NCBI RefSeq assembly: GCF_026210795.1
Contig: NC_089436.1
Span: 992,001-1,056,000 of the forward strand
DNA: 64,000 nt
Source: Rhizophagus irregularis
Lineage: Eukaryota
Direction: 5' to 3'
Part shown: in pieces, positions 52,663 to 64,000 of the stretch
Numbering within the stretch: position 1 is the first letter of the stretch
Layout: each line of letters begins with the position of its first letter
Made by a program: the position numbers and the translations under genes
The notes under the pieces: generated by a model
Seen by the model: the letters and a program-made list of their open reading frames with translations, nothing else
What the model was told of the DNA's origin: nothing
The model's database searches: none

Positions 52663-53780
52663 TTAATCATCATCATTATTCCTCTCTCTCTCGTTTTTTT
52701 CCTCAAATTCTTCAAATTCTTTAATAAGTGAATATGCTAGTTGACCATAGCTAACTGCTGTAGCAGCTCTTCTAACGGTTTTATTCGTAGCTGCTTTATA
52801 AGCTAAAAAACCAACTCCCGCAACGGCAGCAACGGCAGCAATTCCAACAACAGCACCTGCTGCGACTGTTGCAATTTGATCAACAATTTCTTCTGAGAAA
52901 AAAAAAAATTATTTTATTAACATATTAATTAATTGAAAAAGAGAATATGCATTAGTTAATTACCTTCTCGATTTCGATTATTATCGTATCTTTGTAGAGA
53001 GGTGGTATGAATTTTTTTAAGATTTTGTACAATAATTTCATCACTATCATCAATAAATTCGAGAGTGGCATTTTCCGAATCATCCTCATCATGATTATAT
53101 GTTGCTCTAAGAAGTGTAACGTATTTCCCTTCAAAATTTTCTAGAGATTTATTCTTATTTTTTAAAGATTGAAATCTATGACCATCCTTTGTATTTACTG
53201 TAACCTTAATAAAAATACCAGAATATGAAGCGAATACAAAATCTCCATAACAATAATTATTATAATATGAATTCCAAGAATATTCAATCAAATAATCGAA
53301 TCCTGGAAGAAGATTTTTTAAATTATCTAAAATATCATCTTTCCCATTTTGTTCATAAAACCGTTTATTGCTCATTTGACTATCTATTCTTTGAAGATAA
53401 TTAGTAAAAGGATTATACCATTCTTTTGAAATTTTTAAAAGATTTTTGATTAATGAATCATTATTAAATTCACTCCATTTAAATCTAATTCTCCAAGTAT
53501 TAAAGATTGAATAACTACTTATTTCTTTACGTAATACGTTATTTCTAAAGAGTTGACCAAATTCTTTATTAATACATTCTTCAACTTCATTAGTGTTACG
53601 GATTTGTTTATGAGACATTGAACAACTAATATCTGCTGTAGTATTTTCATTTTGAATAGCTTCGAAAATTCCTTTACAAATTTGTAAGACAAGGTTTTGT
53701 TTATCGCTATTATTTGATGAAACGTACGTGTTTGTTGGGATATTAGTGTTACAATTATAACAACGACAAGATACATTCAT
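52663..53780 (-). CDS. Array gene C: PD-(D/E)XK-fold protein (ExK lost) with a C-terminal hydrophobic helix
   Basis: Close paralogue of A; exon 2 ~52892-52663 reads VAAGAVVGIAAVAAVAGVGFLAYKAA; motif region GDFVFASYSGIFIKVTVN. Confidence 0.8.
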
Positions 53781-54240
53781 GATGGATTATTATATACGAG
53801 AAAAAAAATAAGAAATAAAGAAGTACTTTTTAAGTTGAAAAAAAAAATTGAATCTTTTTATTATTGATTTATTGCCAAATTCGGAAACAAAACCGATTAC
53901 TTTGAACCAGATGATCTATTATTCATCTTTGATTGTTACATAGTTTACATCATCTACTGCAATTCTACTGCAAAAAGCTTGTGTGTTTCAAATTAACTGG
54001 AATTTATTCACATAACTTTGAGTGTAACAAAGGAAAAACAATTATCAAATCGGCTTAACAATTTATAGCAATAAACTAGTTAAAAGTAAGTTAGGCGAAA
54101 CAATATACCGAAATATCTGTTCCACCAAAATATCCGGTTTAAAACCAGTTCCGGTTTATTGAATATCCAATATAGAATACTGGTGAATTTTTATTTTGCT
54201 GCAAAATAGCTTTTTATAGAGCTATTACCTTCTTAGCACT

Positions 54241-54513
54241 GTACTACTTCTAGATCATTTTCGACCCAGCAACCAAAATTGGTGTCATATGTCCAGTCTT
54301 GTTTTGAAAGGTAAGTGAAAAAGAGGTAAACGTAAGAAATGTAAAAATTAATCGAGTGTGATTATTATTAAAAAACTTCTTGTACTACTACTAGATCATT
54401 TTCGACCCAGCAACCAAAATTGGTGTCATATGTCCAGTTTTGTTTTGAAAGGTAAGTGAAAAAGAGGTAAAGAACGTAAGGAATGTAAAGAGTAATCGAG
54501 TGTGATTATTATT
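54241..54513. repeat. Two-copy ~135-bp direct repeat
   Basis: GTACTAC..CTAGATCATTTTCGACCCAGCAACC..GAGTGTGATTATTATTA starts at 54241 and 54382. Confidence 0.9.
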
Positions 54514-54787
54514 AGAAGGCTAATATAACAAATGCGACTAATTCTCGTTATATATATAAGTAATGTATTGTATTTTACTACATCAAGTCTTTGTATTATA
54601 AGAATTTTGTTGAGAATTTGAATTCATGACCATATGATCATAATGTGAAGGATAAAAATAAAGTAAAATAACGCTTGAACGTTCTTGAAATATTTTTCAC
54701 CGAATGCTGATAATTTTAAGTAAAATCGAATTCTGATCCAGACTTGAAATCTGAATTTATTATTTGAAAGTAAACTCGCAAAGATCA

Positions 54788-56304
54788 TTAATCGAGTTTC
54801 ATTTTGTTATCGTTATTATTATTATTGTTGTTATTATTATTATCATTATTTCTTGAAATTTCTTGATAATCTTGATACGCTTTATAAATCATAGTACCAG
54901 TTGTTACGACAGTTTTTATTGGAATTCTTGAACAAATTACATAGCCAATTGCTGCAGCGGCAGTAATTCCAACAACTGCACCTGCAACTGATATAGAAGG
55001 TGATTCTTCTATGAACGAAAAAAAAAAATAAAATATTATAATTTTAATAAATTTTTTTAAATTAATGAAAAAACGACGATATTCATACCTTGTTGGGACG
55101 GATGGGTAAGTTGATTGTGATTTATTTCTTGAACCGAAAAAAAAAGAAGTAACAAAAGTAAATATAAATAATAAATTTTTAATAAACGTAATAACGAATT
55201 GAAAATTGACACGTAAAAATAATTACCTGGATAAGTAATCTGATTATTATTGAAAGATTGTGAGAACTTATGAAATTTTTTAAGATTTTGAATAATAATT
55301 TCATCATTTATATCAATAAGTTCAATTGTGGAATTCGTAAAAGTTGCGCCGATAAGTGTAATATATTTTCCAACATATTTTTCTGAAGCTTTACTTTTAC
55401 ATTTTAAAGCTTTGGTTTTAACAGCATCTTCATGAGTTATATCAACTTCAACTACGATGAAAACACCAGAATCTGAAGCGAAGATAAAATCTCCTTTATG
55501 AAGATTATTATCATCATCATATGAATCCCAAGAATATTCAAATAGATACTTAAATCCTGGAAGATAATCTTCTAAATTATCTAAAAGATTTTGTTTTAAC
55601 TCATCTTTATTTATATTTGTATCTTTATCGGATAACCATTCATTTCTTTTTTGATGATCTATCTGTTGAAGATAGTTGGTAAAAGGGTCATACCCAGTGT
55701 TGTACATGGGACATGTCCCGCCAAAATTTTAATGTCCCGGACATTGTCCCGTCCATGTCCCGTCCACATCCCGTCCAAAAATTGTCCAAGTTTACAATTT
55801 GTCTTATCAAGACGGCTATAATTTATAATTAAGATCACGTGATTTTAATGTCCCAATGTCCCGGACATTGCTAAAATCTTTGGACGTGTCCTGGACTGTC
55901 CCGTCCCGTCCTGTCCATGGACATGTCCCGTCCCTATGACAACACTGGTCATACCATTCTTTTGAAATTTTTAAAAGATATTTGATTAATAAATCATTAT
56001 CATGAGATTCGGACCATTTAAATTGTATTTTCCAAATATCGGTTGAAAGTCTTTTTATTTCTTTACATATTATCGATATGTCGTTTCTACTAAATTCTTC
56101 ATTAATACAATTTTCAATTTCATTAATATTATGAATTTGCTCATGTAATATTGAACAAATAATTTCTGCTGAAGTATTTTTATTTTGAATAGCTTCAAAA
56201 ATTCCTTTACAGATTTGTAAGATAAGATTTTGCATATCTGATGATGGGTAAATGATTTCTGGATAATCAACATTACAACTATAACAATGACAAACTAAGC
56301 TCAT
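54788..56304 (-). pseudogene. Array gene D, interrupted by a hAT MITE
   Basis: The frame is restored (ISKEWYD|PFTNYL) after removing 55695-55947 plus one TSD copy. GDFIFASDSGVFIVVEVD; last exon VAGAVVGITAAAAIGYVICSR. Confidence 0.82.
55695..55947. mobile_element. hAT-type MITE
   Basis: CAGTGTTGT..ACAACACTG with perfect 8-bp TSD GTCATACC and TGTCCC/GGGACA subterminal motifs; empty site in paralogue E near 57811. Confidence 0.93.
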
Positions 56305-56963
56305 GATTATGAATTATAAGATAAAGGTTTGGTTAAAAAAAAAAAGAAAGAAAGAAAATATAAAAACTACTCACTTTTTTTTTAAAAAAAAAAATAGTAA
56401 CCGAATTTAGACTCTGAATTTCTCGCCTATCGTTATATGCGTGAAAATGGTTTCATTGTTGTTTTTAAGTACTATATGTGGCGTATTATAAATAATGAAC
56501 AAAGAATATTTTTATCAAAATAATAGATGTTCATATGATAACATGTAAATTCATAACTGCATAACGTTAATAATTCCATGTTTTGAAGACCCTAATAAGT
56601 TTAGAGTAATCAGCCGGGATTAAAGATCAACATCTTACATTATCAACTACAATTAAGGCGTATAAAAAATGGATTAATAAAAAATTGGATTTTCGCTATT
56701 TTTTGCTATTTTGTTATTGCAGTTTAAAGGTAGTAATCTCGGTATTCCGATTGGGTCGTCAAAACTACTTTTTCATCCTTGATCAAAAACAATTAAAATA
56801 ATATAATTCACTTAATAATTATTTGAAGGTGATTTCTTTATTTCAAAATGCGTGGTACTTAAAAATTGATATTATCTTATAGTAAGAAAATAATAATAAT
56901 AATAATAATTAAACTTTTGATTTTCCATAATTCTACACTATAAATTTATTATGGTACAATAAT

Positions 56964-58161
56964 TTAATCATCTCTTCTTGAAAATGTTCGACAGATCAAA
57001 TAACCAACAACTACAGCTGCGGCTGCAGTTATAGTAATTGTACCTATAAAAAAGTATTATATATATTTTTTAACAAGTATTTTAATTAATTAAAAGCAAT
57101 TAAAGCAATTCCAACAACTGTACCTGTATTTAATATAGAAGGTGATTCTTCTTTGAACAAAAAAAAAATAATAAATAATAATTTTAATAAATTTTTTTAA
57201 ATTAATGAAAAAACGATGATACTCATAAGTTAACTATTTACCTTGTTGGGACGGATGAGTAAGTTTATTGTGATTTATTCTTGAACCGAAAAAAAAAAGA
57301 AGTAATAAAAGTAATATAAATAATAAATTTTTAATGAACGTAATGATGAATTGAAAATCGATACGTAAAAAATAATTACCTTGACTATTATGAAATTCTT
57401 TAAGATTTTGCATAATAATTTCATCATTATCAATAAGTTCAATTGTGAAATTCGTAAAAGTTGCACCGATAAGTGTAATATATTTTTTACACTTTAAAGC
57501 TTTGGAATTAACAGCATCTTCATGAGTTATATTCAAATCAAGTTCATTTCTCGTATTAAACCATTTAACTTCAATTACGATGAAAAGCACCAGAATCTGA
57601 AGCGATGATAAAATCTCCTTTATGAAGATTGTTATTATCATCATATGAATCCCAAGAATATTCAAATAGATACTTAAATCCTGGAAGATAATCGGCTAAA
57701 TTATCTAAAAGTAATTGTTTTAATTCATCTTCCTTTATATTTGTATCTTTATCGGATAACCATTCATTTCTTTTTTGACGATCTATATGTTGAAGATATC
57801 TGGTAAAAGGGTCATACCATTCTTTTGAAATTTTTAAAAGATATTTGATTAATGAATCATTATATCGAGATTCAGACCATCTAAATTGTATTTTCCAAGT
57901 ATCGGTTGAAAGTCTTTTTATTTCTTTACATAATATGTCATTTCTATTAAAATTTCTATTAATACAATTTTCAATTTCATGAATATTATGAATTTACTCA
58001 TGTAATATTGAACAAATAATTTCTGCTGAAGTATTTTCATTTTGAATAGCTTCAAAAATTCCTTTACAAATTTGTAAGATAAGATTTTATGTATCTGATG
58101 ATGGATAAATGAATTCTGGATAATTAACATTACAACTATAACAATGACAAGCTAAGCTCAT
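56964..58161 (-). pseudogene. Array gene E: duplicate of D with a nonsense codon and a frameshift
   Basis: MSLACHCYSC..SDT* (TAA where D has CAA); a 1-nt frameshift precedes FIVIEVKWF. Confidence 0.8.
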
Positions 58162-58840
58162 GATTATGAATTATAAGATAAAGGGTTTGGTTAAAAAAAA
58201 AAGAAAACATAAAAACTACACCAAGTCCATGTACCAAATTCACTTTTTTTTTTTAAAAAAAAAAAAAAAATAGTAACCAAATTTGGACTCTGAATTTCTC
58301 GCTTATCGTTATATGCCATTGTTGTTTTTAAGTACTATATCTGATATGTGGCGTATTATAAAGAATGAACAAAGAATATTTTTATCAAAATAATGAAAAT
58401 TCATATGATAAAACATGTGTAAATTCATAACTGCATAACGTTGATAATTCCATGTTTTGAAGACCCTAATAGGTTTAGAGTAGTCAGTCGGGATTAAAGA
58501 TCAACATCTTACATTATCAACTATGATTAAGGTGTATAAAAAATGTATTAATAAAAAAAATTTTGGATTTTCGATATTTTTGCTATTTTGTTATTGTAGT
58601 TTAAAGGTAAACATCGGGGACTTCATGATTTGATATTTAGTAATCTCGGTTATTCCGATTGGGTCGTCAAAACTACCCTTTTCATCCTTGATCAAAAACA
58701 ATTAATATAATATAATTGATTTCTTTATTTCAAAAAGCGTGGTACTTAAAAATTGATATTTAAAAAAAAAGAAAAAATAATAATAATTAAACTTTTGATT
58801 CTCCATAATTCTACAAGTATTCTACACCATAAATTTATAT

Positions 58841-60001
58841 TTAATTGGAATGATTTCCTCTTGAAAATGTTCGATAAATCATATAACCAACTGCAGCTGC
58901 AGCAGCAACTTTAGTAATTGTACCTATAAAAAAAAATATTACATATATATTTTTAACAAGTATTTTAATTAATTAAAAGCAATATTACACATTAAAAATG
59001 ATACCTTGTAGTATTGAAGTTGTATCTTGATTATTTTGACTTGAGAGAGTTTGTAATCCATCAAATTTATCATCAGTTACTTCATATTTATCCAAGTTAT
59101 TAAATCCATTAAATTCATTATATCTTCGTGGTGAAAAGTCATGAACTTCCTTAATATGTCGCGCAATAATTTCATCATTATCATTAAACTCAAATGTAAC
59201 TTTATCTAAACTATTCGCATCAAGATCACATATAAGTGTTGCTCCAAGAAGTGTAATATATTTTCCATTAAATTCCATTGCAACTTTATCTTTATATTTT
59301 AAAGATTGATCTTTAACATCATTATTAAGAGAAGATATGCTTATATCATTATATTCATTTTTTTTAACATTTAAATATTTAGTCTCAACTACGATAAAAA
59401 TACCAGAATTTGAAGCGAAAATAAAATTTCCTTCATAATTATCATATAAATTCCAAGAATAATCGATTAAATATTCAAAACCTAAAAGATAATTTTTTAA
59501 ATTATCTAAAAGACATTGTTTTAATTCATCCTCATTTTTATTATTTAAATCAGGATTAAATGAATTAAATGTTCCAATATCTCTTTTTTGATCATCTATT
59601 TTTTGAAAATATTTAGTAAAATTATAATACCATTCTCTTGAAATTTTTAAAATATTTTTTATTAAAGAATCATTATTAAATTCATCCCATTTAAATCCTA
59701 TTCTCCAAATACCGATTGGAAGTTTTTTTATTTCTTTACGTAATATCTTATGTTCAAAGAGTTGAATAAATTCTTTATTAATCAAATTTTCAATTTCATT
59801 AATATTACGAATTTGTTTATGTAACATTATATTATCATCATAAGAAATTTCTGTTGATGTATGTTTATGTTGAATAGCTTCAAGAATTCTTTTACAAATT
59901 TGAATGATAATATTTTGTTCATCCTCATTATTTGATGAAAAAATATAAGCTTTTGTTGGATATTTAACGTTACAAGTATAACAATGACAAATTAAACTCA
60001 T
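58841..60001 (-). CDS. Array gene F: PD-(D/E)XK-fold protein with a C-terminal hydrophobic tail
   Basis: Exon 1 60001-59005; exon 2 58923-58841 (GTITKVAAAAAVGYMIYRTFSR). Motifs GNFIFASNSGIFIVVETK and DQSLKY. Confidence 0.82.
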
Positions 60002-60535
60002 GATGAAAAAGTTATTGAGTTGAAAAAAATGTGGAGAGAAGAATGTTTTTATACAATTATTTTTTTTTTCTTTTTAAAAGAAATGTAGATATTTTGGAGA
60101 CAAAAGCATTTCTTGTTTTAAGATGATCGATGATCTCATTGTATAACATGTACTTTTACGCCAAGTTACATAATCTTATAGATACGTTCGTTATGATATA
60201 TATTTACCGGATTTTGAGGATTTAAAATTTCGAAATTTGGAATGTTCCACCGAAATTTTATGGCTTCTATGGCTTTTATGGTTATTATGGCATTTACAGT
60301 TTATGGATTACGCTATGACCACCAGAAAATAATATTAGAACGTGATAATTAATGCGGTGATATTTAAATTGTTATTGTTAAACAATGATTCATACCTTCC
60401 ATTATACTAAATTTGGGATTTGTTAACCTTAAAAATCATGTTCAATAAAATAGTTCAATATAAAAATTGGGTTTAATAATAATAAACGAACCTATTTTTT
60501 TCTTTTTTTTCGATTAAAAAGAAAAAAAATTTATC

Positions 60536-61592
60536 ATGAGTTCCTACGTAATTGATATAAATAATGAAAAACAAAGATCATTAATTCTTAATATATGTTT
60601 TCAAATATTATCTTTTCCTTATCAAGAAGAGACAGAATCATTACTTTTGGGATTTTTTGAATTTTCTTCACATGATGATGTTACTAAATTACTTCAAAAA
60701 GTTTTTGGAGAAAATGGTATTATTATAATGTGTCATGTTACAAAAGCAAATTCGAAAATGGAATTTTATGTTAATTATGATAAAACTCTATTAGAAAGAA
60801 TTATGCCAATTATTAAAGATTGGTATAAACCTTTTGTTAATGAATTACAAAATCAACATAATGTGAAAGTAAAAGAATGGAAGGAAAATTATGATATTGA
60901 TCATTCTGAAGATATTTTAAGAAATAGAATAATTGATAATATTAATGATTTATTACCTGGATTTAATTATTTTGTCGATTTTAAATGGAGTTATAATGAT
61001 GATAATGATAATAATTATAGCGTTTGTGAGAATGAAATTGGTGATTTGATATTTAGATCTGATTATGGAGGAATTTATTTAGTTATTGAAACAAAGTGGC
61101 TTAATAATAATCATGGTGATAAGGCAAAAAAAGCTAGAATAGATGGTATAAATGATGTTAAAGAACGTACCCTAAAATATAAAGAACTAGCTAAAAAGAG
61201 GTTTAATGATATAGTGATTGGTATATCTTATACAAATGAAAAGGGAAAAGATCCTATTCATTTTGTTGATATTACTGATGAGAAGATTTTTAATGCTATT
61301 AAGTCTAATAAGAATAAGAAGATTAAAAAAAGTAATTGTTCATTTATTTTTTACATATTTTTCTTATTAATTAATTATACTAATATTTTTGTTAATTTAG
61401 ATGAATCTTCGTTTGATCCAGGTTTAATGGGATTTATGGCAGGGGTATATATTTATATATTGTTAAATTTTTTTTTTTTTTTTAATAATAAATTTAATTT
61501 TAAATTATTATGTTAACGAACATATACTTTTATTATAGACCACAATCACTGCTGCCGGAATGGCCGGAATTGGAATTTTACTCCGAAAGTAA
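60536..61592 (+). CDS. Array gene G (divergently transcribed): PD-(D/E)XK nuclease-fold protein with a tail anchor
   Basis: Exons 60536-61331, 61401-61444 and 61539-61592. IGDLIF..YLVIETKWL gives an intact D..ExK. Ends GLMGFMAGTTITAAGMAGIGILLRK*. Confidence 0.82.
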
Positions 61593-62406
61593 ATATACGG
61601 TCGTATAAATTATTAATTAAAACATTTTAAAATAGCCAAATGTTATTAGCCTAATGAGTCTAATGTTATCATTACTTAAGTTGTAGTATGTTAGAAAACA
61701 TTATAGATTCTCGATCATCGATATTTTAAATACCATAATTCATATGTGTCGGTGTGGTCGCCATTCGTTTCTAAGTCATGTGATGTATTTAATAAATTAA
61801 CGCGAATTCTAATAAAAACTTTGCTTAAAAATCCTAAAAAATTTCTCGTAAACCTCAGTTTTGGAGCTGATGATATTAGTAAAATTACAAACGTTCTAAA
61901 CGTTTTTTAATTAGTATGATATGATATTTATTATAATATTCAGAAATTCAAGGTGTTTACTCTACAATAAATATAGAGTGAGTTATTGCAGTTCATAGTT
62001 TTGTTTAATCACGCTATAAAGTACTCAACTCAGCTGCTTTGTCAATTGTACGGTAGCATATACATGATGTGCAATTAATGCGGCACAAATTCATGACGCA
62101 ATAGCCAGCCTATTATTTAAAAATCGTTTTTTAAACGATACGTGACCTTAGTCTCACATAGCATGATTGGGCTTCAGTTACAATCAAGAAAATTTTATTT
62201 AGAATTTATTTTTTAATTTAATTTTTTACAAGGACTTTTCAAAAGTAACAATTCACAAGTCGCGCGTCAGCGAATGTTAAAAGTTATTCAATTTTTTTTA
62301 CACATTCGAAAAAAATATAATTTATAATAAAACAAATAGATATCAAAATTGATACCTAATTATGACAATAAAAATGTAAAATAAATTAATTATCTTAAAA
62401 GTGAAT

Positions 62407-64000
62407 TTAAATGTATACTTCCGTAGGAGCCATAGAATCTAATGTAAATGATCCTGACAATTTTTCTTTATTCATAAATTGTAACGGATAGTGAACCAAG
62501 TGACCCTTTACTTTACTTAATTCTGCTTCAATTTCTTCGTTGGTTAATTTATGATTATGAACGTGACCAGCTGGAATCTTTGATCGATCTGGAACAAACG
62601 TTTTGAAATCATCCCAGCTCGTAACTAAAAAAAATAATTGTAAAAAAAAAATAAAATAAATTTCAATACAAACAAATTAGAAAAAATAAAATTATTAAGA
62701 AATCATAATTACGATTATCATCTGGAACACAACGAAACACTGTACGAAAAGCTTCTGTATTAATGGTAGCAGTTTGGTGCCAATGTTTATAATAAAATTC
62801 GTCGCTAACTGGATCTTGAACAATATAATCTTCTTTAGAGAGTTCTTGATAATCAACAGGTATTGGTGGTGGATAACAGAATGTATTAACTTTTTCATGG
62901 TCAGTTTCATTAAACAATCCAAGATGTTCCTTAAAGATATGACGGCGTAAAGTGGCTGCAAACTTTCCAGCTTTCCACTAAATAAAAACAAATTAAATTG
63001 AGTACCTTCTAATGCTAACTAAGATTTAAAGATAAAAGAATAATTACGTCTTTGCCAGCCATTTTAGAATCAATGTATTCCCTGTCTTCAATAACAGCAG
63101 CAATTTCAGAGTCAAAATCACCATTTTGTGATCTTTCATTTAAATTAGCTATAATAAAAAAATAAGTACAATTAATTAAAGAAAACGCATAAAGATTTTG
63201 AAGAAGAAACTTTTACTCACCGGAACCACATATAACAATTCTGTCATCAGCAATTAAAAGTTTGCTGTGAATGTATACTTCTTCAGTTATGTAGTTCCCA
63301 GAAGGATTTTTATCAGCAGTTTCAGCAACTACAGGATTTCTTCCAAACTCTATTTCATCATTTAATACGCCCAAACCTTTTTCTACGGACTTAGGATTGA
63401 TTTTGTCAAAAGTACGAAGTGCGTAAAACCCAAGGTACTTTTCAGGGTTAGTAACACCATTTTGTTTTAAAACTTCAAAAATTGAATATCCACCTCGGCA
63501 AATTGATTTGAGTTGGTAATGTACGATAGTACTAAGAAAGTTAAATAAAAAATGAAATTGATATTTCGCTTAAGAAATAAGATCACATCAAATTTGGGAC
63601 ATTTACCGAATAGTACCGACATTACTGGTAACATCACTGGAATCAAATTCAGATTCGTAAGCTGGAAGCAAAGGCATGGAAACAATGATTCTGAACTGTT
63701 CATTATTCTTATAGGCTCTAATAATTCTATCTACAATTGCCTGTATGATAATTAATGAATGTGAATATGTATCATTCATTTATACATATATTATTAAATC
63801 TAAAATTTTACCTTTCCAATAAGATTCTTTACTGGATAATTGTCACTTTCTTTTGTGGCAGTAACTATAAAAAATAAAATATAAATACATATATAAAAAA
63901 AAATAGTCGTATAAATAAATCCTTCAAGGCTTCAGGTAATAATAATTAGTGTAGACTTACCGAAGAATTGATTTTCTATATATATGAAATGTTGAGATTC
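62407..64000 (-). CDS. Phospholipase D (PLD1/Spo14-like), 3' part; runs off the window
   Basis: Spliced exons give HFIYIENQFF, EEVYIHSKLLIADDRIVICGS/ANLNERSQNGDFDSEIA (HxKxxxxD motif), VFRCVPDD and KVKGHLVHYP..PTEVYI*. Confidence 0.93.

Noticed and set aside
63467..63755. Short ORFs on both strands
   Set aside because: They overlap phospholipase D exons in other frames.

Overview
AT-rich, intron-containing eukaryotic DNA. The gene and repeat content suggests an arbuscular-mycorrhizal (Glomeromycota, Rhizophagus-like) fungus; this is an inference. Positions 1-36 kb are mostly transposon remnants. They include a decayed PD-(D/E)XK-like gene and a 4.3-kb TIR element carrying a Myb/SANT pseudogene. 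They also include a multi-layer nest in which an 8-bp-TSD MITE is split by two head-to-tail LINEs (APE-RT-RNase H) that share the same 15-bp target duplication three times; the full-length LINE itself carries three MITEs and a Tc1 element with a CACTG MITE inside. A compact, intronless, RT-less cassette follows (unknown ORF, Cys-motif ORF, integrase-chromodomain, convergent retropepsin), then a hAT remnant. The right half holds a 4-exon SAM methyltransferase, a 7-member array (49.2-61.6 kb) of predicted tail-anchored PD-(D/E)XK nuclease-fold genes at different stages of catalytic and pseudogene decay, and the 3' part of a phospholipase D gene. The nuclease array and the integrase/protease cassette are the best candidates for undescribed systems. 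All calls come from reading the sequence by eye; no searches were run.
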